Part shown: one piece after another, positions 1-8,551 of the stretch
How the letters are laid out: each line of letters begins with the position of its first letter
How positions within the stretch are numbered: the first letter of the stretch is position 1
DNA from: Candidatus Iainarchaeum sp.
Lineage (GTDB): Archaea; Iainarchaeota; Iainarchaeia; Iainarchaeales; DTGL01
DNA length: 42,126 nt
NCBI GenBank assembly: GCA_017608995.1
Contig: JAFCEU010000001.1
Coordinates: 1 to 42,126 of the forward strand
Direction: 5' to 3'
The notes under the pieces: model-generated
Seen by the model: only the letters and a program-made list of their open reading frames with translations
Told to the model about the DNA's origin: nothing
Databases searched by the model: none
Translations under genes and position numbers: made by a program

Positions 1-40
1 TGAAGACTTAAAAAGCTATGAAATTAAAGGCATCCTTGCC
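1..40 (+). repeat. Terminal direct repeat, left copy (circular assembly overlap)
   Basis: tgaagacttaaaaagctatgaaattaaaggcatccttgcc is identical to 42087-42126. Confidence 0.98.
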
Positions 41-316
41 AAAGAAGGTTGTAAACATGAATGGAAACCACTTCGCATAACCCTCACAGGCATTCGCAAG
101 GAACGCCTGCTGGATATCCCGGAAGAAGATATAAAGAAAGAGGGCTTTAAACAGAGATGGGAATTTTTAAAAGCTTTTAACAGGATTCTCAAAGGAAAGC
201 TTATTGAAGAAAAGCCAAACGGAGAATTTGCTTATCTGCAAAACCCTGAAGTCTGGGTTTTAGATTTCAAAGTAAAGAAGAAAGGTGGTTGTATTCAGGA
301 ACAGGCGGTAAAATGA
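1..316 (+). CDS. ASCH-domain protein, 3' part
   Basis: In frame with 41821-42126: LRITLTGIRKERLLDIPEEDIKKEGF..NPEVWVLDFK, stop TGA 314-316. Confidence 0.85.
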   Translation, partial: EDLKSYEIKGILAKEGCKHEWKPLRITLTGIRKERLLDIPEEDIKKEGFKQRWEFLKAFNRILKGKLIEEKPNGEFAYLQNPEVWVLDFKVKKKGGCIQEQAVK

Positions 317-463
317 CAGAGATTTCAGGAAAAGCTGAAGCTCTTGAAATATTGCTTTCTGCTGCGAAAAAAGGAGGCCGGGAAGAAATGAGGGAAGATT
401 CTTGGAAGTTGTCAGGAAAAAAAATACTTGAATTTTTTTCATTGCAATAGAGGCCGGGAAAAA

Positions 464-625
464 ATGACTAAAACAATAAAAGGAAATTTGGTGTTAGAAA
501 AAGATACTGTATTCAATGAAAGCATTGATGTTAAGGCCAGCATGTGCGAATGGGGTTTATTAATGAATGTGGACGAGAAAGCAAAAGAACGCAGGCGGAA
601 AGCAGGGAAGCCACATGCGCAGTAG
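464..625 (+). pseudogene. Truncated duplicate of the 41298 pentapeptide-repeat gene N-terminus
   Basis: MTKTIKGNLVLEKDTVFNESIDV matches KTIKGDLVLEKDTVFDKSISV of the 41298 gene, then diverges. Confidence 0.7.
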
Positions 626-692
626 GAACAGCTGTCGACGGTGGAACAACTTTCCTGCCCGCAAACTGCAACAAAAAAGAGGGTGAGAAGAA

Positions 693-899
693 ATGAATTG
701 GGTAAGAAAGCGGTATAGGGATGCAGATTATATCTTTGCTGGGAGAGCTTATTCGGAAGTAACTTGTTCATGTGGGTGTAATGGCTTCTATCTTGGATTT
801 GATGGAGACGAATTCGTTGCAGTTTGCAGAGACTGCAAAGACAAAGTAATGATTGAAAAAGAACTGATATATAAACAAAAAGAGGCCGGGAAGAAATGA
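693..899 (+). CDS. Small Zn-ribbon protein
   Basis: CSCGC...CRDC; RBS and ATG lie within the junction repeat. Confidence 0.7.
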   Translation: MNWVRKRYRDADYIFAGRAYSEVTCSCGCNGFYLGFDGDEFVAVCRDCKDKVMIEKELIYKQKEAGKK

Positions 900-920
900 G
901 TAAAAAAAATAAAAATAAGA

Positions 921-1328
921 ATGGAGGTGAAAATGTTGCAAACAATAGAAATAACAAGTCTAAATGATGAGAGGACTACAAAAGTCGAAACAATGTTAGA
1001 TGACTTAAAGCACTTGTATTCAACTGAGGATTCAATTAGAGGTAAGGTTTTATTAAGCGAAGCAGTCCGGGTTTTGGAGAACTATATGAAAGTTCCGAGA
1101 GTTGACACCCCAATTGAAAAATGGGAGCAAATGAGAGGCAGAAAAATGTCTTTGCAGGGGAAAAGAAATTTTATCCGAAACATTGTAATACAGCAAAAGA
1201 TTATCCCGACACAAGGGCCTGGCTGCCTTTGGTGCGGCAGCAGACGCATAAAAGAGGTAGCGAAATTCCTTGAAGAAGGCTTTAATGAGTATGAATGCAG
1301 GGACTGTAAGCAAAAATTCTTCAAATAA
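921..1328 (+). CDS. Hypothetical protein with C-terminal Zn ribbon
   Basis: CLWC...CRDC; GGAGGTG RBS suggests a start at 933. Confidence 0.7.
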   Translation: MEVKMLQTIEITSLNDERTTKVETMLDDLKHLYSTEDSIRGKVLLSEAVRVLENYMKVPRVDTPIEKWEQMRGRKMSLQGKRNFIRNIVIQQKIIPTQGPGCLWCGSRRIKEVAKFLEEGFNEYECRDCKQKFFK

Positions 1329-1409
1329 ATGCAGAGGTGAAAGAATATTGACACTTAGATGCCATAATTAGGCATGCTTGTATCATATGTTTAAAATTTA
1401 AGGTGGTAA

Positions 1410-2300
1410 GTGGTGGATAAAGACTTTGAAAACTTTAAGGAATTTGTGAAGACATACAGCCAAAGTACGCAAAAACTCTACTTGCATTACTTAACACAGT
1501 TCTTTTCCTTTGTCAAGAAGAGTAGCCAAGACGTTGAGGCAGTCGATGCAATGCGTTACCTGAATTTTTTGAGGGAGCAAAAGAACTATTCAGACAACAG
1601 CATTGCATCTGTTCGCAGGGTTTTAAGCGCTTACTTTGGTAAGCATGTTGGAAAAGACATAATGGCCAAAATACCAATTAAGAGGACAAAGCACTTGCCG
1701 GTTATTTTAACAAGGGAAGAAGTCAAGCGCTTGATTGATGCCGCTGACACCGAGAAAGAAAAGCTGGTCATCGAGTTCCTTTACTCAACCGGTGTCAGGG
1801 TATCGGAGGCCGTTGCCATTGAACGACAGCAGATTGACAAAAAGCGGGGCCTGCTGCGTATCAGAGGCAAAGGGGATAAGGACAGATATACAGTTATACC
1901 TTTGGATTGGCTGCGCCGTTATAGCCAGGTTTGGAAGAAGAAAAAACAGCGTTACCTTTTTGCGAAGAAGAATAACAAGCCATACGGCGTTCTTGCTTTT
2001 GAGAGGATTGTGCGAAGAGCAGCCGAGAAAGCGAGGCTGCGTAAGAGGGTTACGCCTCATACGCTTCGGCATTCTTTTGCCACACACTTGCTTGAGATGG
2101 GGGAGAATATTAGAAAGATTCAGAAGCTTTTGGGCCATTCTTCGTTGGCCACTACTCAGATTTATGTTTCAGTGTCCACTAAAGAGATTGCAAAGACACC
2201 GAGTTTGCTTGAGGGATTGAGTTGCAGTTTTAGGAATTGTGTTTTGCGGAAGCTGGGTAAGGGGCGACGGTCTGACCGTGCTTCAAGAGCGAAGGGATAA
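1410..2300 (+). CDS. Xer-like tyrosine recombinase/integrase
   Basis: N-terminal SAM-like domain; catalytic R (GVRVSE), K (GKGDK), HxxR (HTLRHSFATH), H (LGHS) and Y (TTQIY) all intact. Confidence 0.96.
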   Translation: MVDKDFENFKEFVKTYSQSTQKLYLHYLTQFFSFVKKSSQDVEAVDAMRYLNFLREQKNYSDNSIASVRRVLSAYFGKHVGKDIMAKIPIKRTKHLPVILTREEVKRLIDAADTEKEKLVIEFLYSTGVRVSEAVAIERQQIDKKRGLLRIRGKGDKDRYTVIPLDWLRRYSQVWKKKKQRYLFAKKNNKPYGVLAFERIVRRAAEKARLRKRVTPHTLRHSFATHLLEMGENIRKIQKLLGHSSLATTQIYVSVSTKEIAKTPSLLEGLSCSFRNCVLRKLGKGRRSDRASRAKG

Positions 2301-2331
2301 AAATTTAAAGCTGGAAAACAAAACATTTTTT

Positions 2332-2589
2332 ATGATTAAAGAAGAACCGTTGACTAAGATTAGGGAAACAAGCGAAAAGTGTGGAAAACTTAACTGCGAT
2401 AAAGTTTATGTCTATGAAAGGAAAAGGGACAAAAAGAAGTTTGCAATCCACAAATTTACGCCTTTTGGAACAGCATTCCGATTCCCTGTAACTCATTACT
2501 TTATCATTCCCGAAGGAGAGTATAAACCCGGCAAAAAGACGATTTTTGAAACGCTTGAGGAAGCAAAAAAAGCAGTAGCAGATTACTAA
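2332..2589 (+). CDS. Hypothetical protein
   Basis: ORF 2239-2589; ATG 2332 avoids overlap with the integrase. Confidence 0.55.
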   Translation: MIKEEPLTKIRETSEKCGKLNCDKVYVYERKRDKKKFAIHKFTPFGTAFRFPVTHYFIIPEGEYKPGKKTIFETLEEAKKAVADY

Positions 2590-2681
2590 CCTCTCCTTTT
2601 TAACGGCAATCAAAAACGATAGAAATTTAAAGATTTGATGCGTTATTTATTGCGGAAGTAAGACGATAAGCGTTAATCTGT

Positions 2682-2715
2682 GTGTGCCTCTTTTAGAGGC
2701 ACACTTGATTTTTTT
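2682..2715 (+). terminator. Hairpin plus T-tract
   Basis: gtgtgcctct-ttt-agaggcacac (10-bp stem) followed by ttgattttttt. Confidence 0.6.
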
Positions 2716-2734
2716 ATACTATTATAATAGTATA
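2715..2734. promoter_or_regulatory. Perfect 20-bp palindrome (operator-like)
   Basis: tatactattataatagtata, directly before the GGAGGT RBS of the 2747 ORF. Confidence 0.6.
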
Positions 2735-2746
2735 GGAGGTCTTGTT

Positions 2747-2851
2747 ATGGCTGAAGAAGAAAAAAAAGAGGAAGAGGAAAAGCCCGAAGAGGAAAAGGCC
2801 GAAGAAGAGGAAGAGAAACCCGAAGAAGAAGGCGAAAAAGCAGAAGCATAA
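2747..2851 (+). CDS. 34-aa hyper-acidic peptide
   Basis: MAEEEKKEEEEKPEEEKAEEEEEKPEEEGEKAEA (20 Glu); strong GGAGGT RBS; too short for the ORF track. Confidence 0.7.
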   Translation: MAEEEKKEEEEKPEEEKAEEEEEKPEEEGEKAEA

Positions 2852-2918
2852 CCTATTAAAATAGTGCCAAAACACCTTTTTTGATACTAGTAAAAAAAGG
2901 AGAGTAAGAGCGAAGCCC

Positions 2919-3362
2919 TTACTCTTTGATTAAGCCGAGCTCTTTTTTCTTGGCTTTGGCTTTTTTTATGTAGTCTTCCAAGAACTCGTGTTCGCAAACT
3001 GAAAACTCTTGCCAATTGTTCTTTAGCAACTTGTCTTTTTGTTTACGCAGTTCATCAATTTGTTTATCTATGTCTTGAAGCTTTTCTTTGATATAGTTGG
3101 GTATCAATAGTATTCTTTTATCGCAGTAATGACGAACACAATATTTGCCTTTGATGTCGCCATATGCCCTTTGTATTCTTGCTATGCTGTCGTATCTGTG
3201 CCGAAGTATTTTATTTCTTGCCGCCGCGAATTCAGCGATTACAAAAGGTTGTTGTTCTTCCCACTCGTAAAGTGTTTTCCTTGCTGGTGCTTCTCTTTCT
3301 ATGTCGCTGAAAATCTTGTTCGCTATCTTGTTGAGTTCCTGGATTGTTTTCGCTTTGCTCAT
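2919..3362 (-). CDS. Hypothetical coiled-coil protein
   Basis: ORF 2919-3389; GGAG RBS before ATG 3362. Confidence 0.65.
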   Translation of the reverse strand: MSKAKTIQELNKIANKIFSDIEREAPARKTLYEWEEQQPFVIAEFAAARNKILRHRYDSIARIQRAYGDIKGKYCVRHYCDKRILLIPNYIKEKLQDIDKQIDELRKQKDKLLKNNWQEFSVCEHEFLEDYIKKAKAKKKELGLIKE

Positions 3363-3954
3363 CGTTTTCACTCTCCTATCCGCTTTCAAAAAATCTTGAA
3401 AGCCAAAGAAGATTAATCGTCTTCTTCGGTAAAATAATGTATGGAAGTTGATTTAAGCATAATGCCCAAAATGGTTCGCTTTTCAAATTTTAAGCGAGAA
3501 TTTGGTTTAATTTCCTGAAAAAAGCCTAATTTTTACCCTGTTTTTTGTTTAAATCGTTGCCTGATACTATTTAAATTTTGATAGTATGAGTAAAAAGTTT
3601 GAATTTTTTTGCGGCATAATCATTTTTCTATACATAACTATTGTGTCTTACAATTGCATTACTTTTTTTGATTTTTTAGCGATTACAAATTAAGACAAAA
3701 AGATGTTTAATATACATTAATAAACATTTCTCTCTTAATTCTTTTTTCTTCTTAACGAAAAAAATTGAAAAAACATTAAAAAATAATCTTGAAAGACACT
3801 TGCAAGACACATCATAGAATGATATTTTTTTATAATTAATAATCAAATTAACCGATTAACCGACATATTTAAAAAGAGAATATATATAAATAATATATGA
3901 TTTTTTGTTAATGAAAAAACAAAAAATCAACAGCAAAAAGGGAGATGATGAAAA

Positions 3955-4539
3955 ATGAAAATAACAAATGTGAAAATAAATGAATTTGAAAGATTGAAAG
4001 AAAAGAATGAACAATTGCTTGACAGCGTTCAAATTATTTTCTCTGAAGCTGAAGCAAGAGAAATAAGAAAAAAATACAAAAACATCTATAAAATTCTTGA
4101 ATACACAGAGAATTTTATAGAAGAAGATGAAGAAACCAGGGAAGAAGCTTATTTCATTCATTTAAAAAACGAAGAGTCAGGCTACAACGAAGAGGGCAAA
4201 TGGGAAGGTTATCTCAAGCGAAACGACATAACATATTCTGCAATTTCTTCGTTACAGAAAATTGAAGCGTTCTTAAAACAGAGAAAAAAAGAACAAGCAG
4301 AAAGAGAAATTATATATTTGCAGAAAGCAAAACAATTCAAGAAGAAAATAAGAAAATTACACAATTGCAATATCAAAAAGAAACGAGGGAAAGCATTAAG
4401 CACTTTCAAGGAAAGCCGATTTTTTCAGCTTACAAGGGGGTCTTTGAATAAATGCCTGATGCTTCCTTTTACATTTTTAAGCCAACAGGGAAGGAAAAAA
4501 AAGAGTTTTGGAAGGGGTGGCGTTAATGCCAGGCTTTAG
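3955..4539 (+). CDS. Hypothetical charged protein
   Basis: GGAG RBS after an AT-rich promoter region; the C-terminus overlaps a long hairpin and may be read-through. Confidence 0.6.
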   Translation: MKITNVKINEFERLKEKNEQLLDSVQIIFSEAEAREIRKKYKNIYKILEYTENFIEEDEETREEAYFIHLKNEESGYNEEGKWEGYLKRNDITYSAISSLQKIEAFLKQRKKEQAEREIIYLQKAKQFKKKIRKLHNCNIKKKRGKALSTFKESRFFQLTRGSLNKCLMLPFTFLSQQGRKKKSFGRGGVNARL

Positions 4540-4717
4540 CAAGGACAAGAAAACAGGGCGTTGGTTTTGTTCTGATTGCGGGGCAGAAGTGCCTAAAGAG
4601 GTTGTATTTTCTTCTTATGATTATTTTAATCCAGAAAACAATAAAGAACATAAGTGCGGGGTAGAACGCTTAAAAGAATTAGATAAAAAACTATCAAAAA
4701 TAAAAGGGGGTGAGTAA
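4526..4717 (+). CDS. Small Zn-finger protein
   Basis: CSDC...HKC; GGGGTGG RBS. Confidence 0.6.
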   Translation: MPGFSKDKKTGRWFCSDCGAEVPKEVVFSSYDYFNPENNKEHKCGVERLKELDKKLSKIKGGE

Positions 4718-4999
4718 ATGGATAATGAGAAATACAACGGTTGGCATAATTACGAAACTTGGAAAATGCACTTAAACCTAACAAACGAAGAAGGGCTTTA
4801 TAATGGAAGCGTTGCAGTAGTGCGAGAAACAAAGGGCGAGGATTACGAGAAGGCACAAGCATTAAAAGAATGGGTTGAAGAAAACTTTTGGGTAGATGAC
4901 TACAATATCGTGCATTTCCCACAAGGCGACAGTTTCAGCACAGCCGAGTTAAGCGAAGTTGATTGGCTGGAAGTGGCAAAGGCATTTATGGAAGAATAA
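4718..4999 (+). CDS. Conserved viral hypothetical protein (YNGWxNYETW family)
   Basis: N-terminal YNGWHNYETW and C-terminal VDWLEVA motifs; GGTGAG RBS. Confidence 0.7.
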   Translation: MDNEKYNGWHNYETWKMHLNLTNEEGLYNGSVAVVRETKGEDYEKAQALKEWVEENFWVDDYNIVHFPQGDSFSTAELSEVDWLEVAKAFMEE

Positions 5000-5182
5000 T
5001 GTTTCACCTCACAATCCTAAAAGAAGGCAATCGGTGGGGGTTGTGGGGTTTTTTTATGCCTTGCCTTGTTGAAAAAGCAGGCCAAGGCTTTGGGGAGAAG
5101 CAGGGCGTTAAAATGGGAATAAAAAGGTTATGCCCTTTCCCACTTCTCCCCCTAAAAAGCAAAGCAAGGAAGTGATAAGGAA

Positions 5183-6019
5183 ATGCGGACTTATGTAAAT
5201 ACCGTTATGCAGGTTTCCGTTCAGGACTTGGGTTTTAACGGCTTTCAGTTTCCTATAAGTGTGTTCTCTCTAAACAGGGACAACAGTGTTAAATTCAATC
5301 AACAGCACAATAACGAGGCGTGCAGGGAGCAAGATGCAAGAGTAAATTACATAAAGCGTTGTAGTGCCTGCGGCAAGGACTTACAGGCAAGCGAGATAAT
5401 CAAAGTTTTCAGGGCGGACAAGGAAAGCAAGGCATATTTTACAGAAGAAGAAATAAAGGCGTTGAAGAAAACAACGGACAAAGTGGAAATAGTGGCAATA
5501 TCGCTAAACAAGGACATTCCAGATTACCTTAAAGGCGGTTGCTATGGCTTAAGCATTCAGCCAAAAAGCAAGACTTTAGCAAGCGATAAGCAGGCATACC
5601 TAACCCTTGTTTCATTTTTGGGCGAGGACTTGGCATTAATCGGCTATTTCAGTAGCAGGAACTCCACGCACTTGGTCAGGGTTTTCGCATTAACAAACTA
5701 TTTGCTAATGCAAAAGCTGGCCTTTGCCGAAAACTCACAGTTTGATGAGTTTATGCAGTTGCACACTCAACAAATGGGAAGCGTTGCCTTGCCAGACATG
5801 GCGATACTGCAACAAACAGCGAGAACAGTAGCAAAACCGTTGGCTTTAACGGATTTCAGGAATGAACCGCTTGAAAGATTGCAAGAATTGATTGAGAGCA
5901 GAATACAAAACCCAAACGCAAAAATAGAAGTGCCAGAACAGGCAACAGTGACAGCAACTCCAATATTCAGCAAGGAATACCAGCAAAAGATAGCCGAACA
6001 GGTGAAAGCAAGGGTGTGA
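5183..6019 (+). CDS. ku: Prokaryotic-type Ku DNA end-binding protein (divergent)
   Basis: FPISVFS..VKFNQQH..RVNYIKRCSACGKDLQASEIIKVF..YFTEEEIKAL follows the Ku pattern; adjacent to a ligase. Confidence 0.82.
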   Translation: MRTYVNTVMQVSVQDLGFNGFQFPISVFSLNRDNSVKFNQQHNNEACREQDARVNYIKRCSACGKDLQASEIIKVFRADKESKAYFTEEEIKALKKTTDKVEIVAISLNKDIPDYLKGGCYGLSIQPKSKTLASDKQAYLTLVSFLGEDLALIGYFSSRNSTHLVRVFALTNYLLMQKLAFAENSQFDEFMQLHTQQMGSVALPDMAILQQTARTVAKPLALTDFRNEPLERLQELIESRIQNPNAKIEVPEQATVTATPIFSKEYQQKIAEQVKARV

Positions 6020-6040
6020 AAACACCCTTATATTTTTTTT
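6010..6040 (+). terminator. GAAA-tetraloop hairpin plus T-tract at the end of ku
   Basis: aagggtgt-gaaa-acaccctt then atatttttttt. Confidence 0.6.
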
Positions 6041-6131
6041 AAAAAAATTGGGGGTTGAGAAATGGAGTTTTTGAGCAGGGGAAAGGGTTTAACGCATAAG
6101 GAAGCGGTTGAATTAGGGCTAAGGTGGAAGA

Positions 6132-6983
6132 ATGAGTGAAACTTGTATGTTGTGCCAAGTGATAGCATTAGAGGAAGCATTACGCAATAACAACTATATT
6201 CTGGACTTAAAATATGACGGAAGCCGTTGTATTGCCAAGCGTTATGAAAATGGGGCAGTTGCCTTGTTCAACAGGCAGGGCAGAAATATAACATACCGAT
6301 ACCCCGAATTGTTAAAGGCCTTGCGGGGTTTTCTGCCTTGCGATAGCGTTGCAGATGGTGAAATAGTAATAATGAAAGATTGGGAAACACACTTAACCGA
6401 TTTTAATGCCTTGCAGGGCAGGGAACACCTGCAAAACACCTTTAAGATTAAACTGCGTTCCGAGAGCAACCCCGCAACCCTTGTCTTGTTTGACTTAATC
6501 CGCTTGCAAGGGCAAGACTTGGCTTGGCAACCAATTGAAAAAAGAAGGCAGGAACTACACAACCTTTTTACTTTTAATACTTTTAATACTTTTAATACTT
6601 CTAATAGAATAGTGGAAGTAAAAGAGTTTGAGAACCTGAAAGACGCTTGGGATTTCGTTAAAAAACACAATTTAGAGGGCTTAATATTAAAAGCAAAGGG
6701 AAGCCCTTACGAATACAGGCGTTCAAACAATTGGCTAAAATTAAAGAATACGAGAAGGGCAACAGTAGAGGTTTCAGGATATGAGGAACACCCAAAAGGC
6801 ATAACCCTAACAGGCAGAAAAATAAGGGTTGCCTGCAACGGACACCAAAGCATAGAGGTTAAGCGGTTGCTGGAACAAAAAGGCAGGTTGCAGGTAGAAA
6901 TAGAATACTTGGAAATGACTAAAAACGGTTTCTACCGTATGCCAACATTCAAAAAAGTGGTTGGATATGGCTTTTATTCCTGA
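6132..6983 (+). CDS. Minimal ATP-dependent DNA ligase (LigC/LigD ligase-domain-like)
   Basis: Motifs I KYDGSR, III DGEIV, IIIa FDL, IV EGLILK, V WLKLK, VI RMPTF; short OB domain; in-frame FNT x3 insertion. Confidence 0.93.
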   Translation: MSETCMLCQVIALEEALRNNNYILDLKYDGSRCIAKRYENGAVALFNRQGRNITYRYPELLKALRGFLPCDSVADGEIVIMKDWETHLTDFNALQGREHLQNTFKIKLRSESNPATLVLFDLIRLQGQDLAWQPIEKRRQELHNLFTFNTFNTFNTSNRIVEVKEFENLKDAWDFVKKHNLEGLILKAKGSPYEYRRSNNWLKLKNTRRATVEVSGYEEHPKGITLTGRKIRVACNGHQSIEVKRLLEQKGRLQVEIEYLEMTKNGFYRMPTFKKVVGYGFYS

Positions 6984-7092
6984 AAAGTATGGTTTGGAAG
7001 GCGTTTGCCAATTCTGTGGCGATAGAATAAAGGGCGGAAAAGGGTTTGTTTGCCTTGAATGTTATTGTGAGAGGATAAAATGAGGTGATAAA

Positions 7093-7251
7093 ATGAGGTA
7101 TTGTAATAATTGTGAATACAGTTTTGCGACAAAACACACTTGCACTAACAAGAAAAGCGAATATTACGGCCTAACTATGAGGCAGATAGAGGAAAAAAAA
7201 GGCAGGGGTAAAGCCTTTTGCGTTTTATTCAAAAAAAAGAGAAGGTGGTGA
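7093..7251 (+). CDS. 52-aa Cys-rich protein
   Basis: MRYCNNC..C..C; GAGGTGA RBS; manual translation. Confidence 0.5.
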   Translation: MRYCNNCEYSFATKHTCTNKKSEYYGLTMRQIEEKKGRGKAFCVLFKKKRRW

Positions 7252-7412
7252 AAATTGAAAATCTATATTGTTGTGGACACGCATGGAAGGGGAAAACAGG
7301 CAATACAGCAGGTTTTTACAAACCGAATAAAAGCCTTGAAATATATTGAAAAATGGGAAGCGTTAGGGCAAACAGGATTAGAAGTCTATATGTTTGAAAC
7401 AGGGGGGAGAAA

Positions 7413-8504
7413 ATGAACAAAGAAAAACAATTACAGGAATTAAAAAAGGAAATTAAAAAAGCAGGCCTGGACACTGATACAATTGATTTACTGAATTTGG
7501 TGGACAGCAGTTTAACCCTGAATGAAAACAGGCAAAACATCTTCAAGCAGTTAGGCATAACGCCAGCACAAAACTTTAAAGCCCAAGAGGAAAAAGCAAG
7601 GCAACAGATGATTGAAAGAGAGGAAGAACACGCCAGCCAAGAATTTAACAAGGCAATTGACAGAATAATACAAGAAAGCAATCCAAGAGTAGCACAACAC
7701 TACAAAAACGCAATTGACTACATAAAAATGGTTGCAGAAGGATATACCAACGCACTTATTTTATGTGGTGAGGGGGGTTTAGGTAAAAGCCATATAGCCC
7801 TAAAAACACTCAAAGAGGAAAACACTGAATTTGAATACGTATCGGGCTATATAACCCCCCTTCAATTAGTGAACCTACTTTATCAAGGGAATGGCAAGCT
7901 GTTCTTTTTTGACGATTGCGAGGGACTTTTTAATGACGATAAAACGTTGGCAATACTCAAATCAGCGACTTGGCAAATAGGAGATGAGAGAATAGTAATG
8001 TATCACAGTTCAACTGAAAAACTGACAGCTCCAACAAAGTTTTCCTGCAACAGCAGGTTTATCTTCTGCATAAACCAGCTTCCAAGCCAAAGCCCAACAC
8101 TTGAAGCCCTAATAAACAGAACGCTTTACTACAAAATCCATTTCCCATTCAAAGAAAAAATAAAACTATTTTTTGAAGTAGCAAAACAACCCTACAAAGA
8201 GTTAAGCAGGCAGGACAGATTTGCGGTAGTGCAATTCTTAAAAGAAAAGTGCAACGAGGCAACCGAAAACTTGAGTATAAGGACTTTGCTCAAGGGATTT
8301 GATATGCTTTCCTACTCTAAAAGCGGTTGGAAGAGGTTGCTTTCAGGCGTTTTGGATAAAAACGAATACCTTGATTTTATAATGCAAATTGAACATTTGA
8401 AACCATTAGAACAAGTGGAAGCGTTTAAGCAACGCTTTGGCTTAAGCCAAGCGACATTCTACCGAAAAAAGAAAATACTTAAAGAGAGAAGGGGGATTAT
8501 GTAG
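7413..8504 (+). CDS. AAA+ ATPase with C-terminal HTH
   Basis: Walker A GEGGLGKS, Walker B FFFDDCE, sensor-1 FIFCIN, Arg finger ALINR; GLSQATFYRK HTH-like end. Confidence 0.88.
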   Translation: MNKEKQLQELKKEIKKAGLDTDTIDLLNLVDSSLTLNENRQNIFKQLGITPAQNFKAQEEKARQQMIEREEEHASQEFNKAIDRIIQESNPRVAQHYKNAIDYIKMVAEGYTNALILCGEGGLGKSHIALKTLKEENTEFEYVSGYITPLQLVNLLYQGNGKLFFFDDCEGLFNDDKTLAILKSATWQIGDERIVMYHSSTEKLTAPTKFSCNSRFIFCINQLPSQSPTLEALINRTLYYKIHFPFKEKIKLFFEVAKQPYKELSRQDRFAVVQFLKEKCNEATENLSIRTLLKGFDMLSYSKSGWKRLLSGVLDKNEYLDFIMQIEHLKPLEQVEAFKQRFGLSQATFYRKKKILKERRGIM

Positions 8505-8551
8505 CTTTTTCTCACTTTTCTCATTTTATCAAATGCAAGGGGGTGAAGTAA

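Larger units (their letters stand above)
374..899 (+). repeat. Dispersed 18-bp gene-junction repeat GAGG(C/G)(C/T)G(G/A)GAA(G/A)AAATGA
   Basis: Copies at 374-391, 450-467, 679-696 and 882-899, plus 41691-41708. Confidence 0.85.

Noticed and set aside
1..40. Biological terminal repeat of a linear genome
   Set aside because: It falls mid-ORF and is most simply an assembler overlap of a circular or permuted sequence
1735..2220. Alternative-frame and antisense ORFs here and elsewhere (e.g. 439-957, 6242-6670, 17676-18041, 28477-28845, 41661-41999)
   Set aside because: They are shadows of better-supported genes, with no RBS or motifs
1410..2300. Integron integrase with cassette array
   Set aside because: The IntI-specific insertion before the HxxR box is absent and I saw no attC-like hairpins; it is a plain Xer-like enzyme
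3420..3950. AT-rich gap as CRISPR mini-array or origin
   Set aside because: No repeat-spacer periodicity or iterons seen; best read as a divergent promoter region
7413..8504. Canonical RFC clamp loader or Cdc6/Orc1
   Set aside because: Family-specific motifs not recognised; kept as a generic AAA+ ATPase
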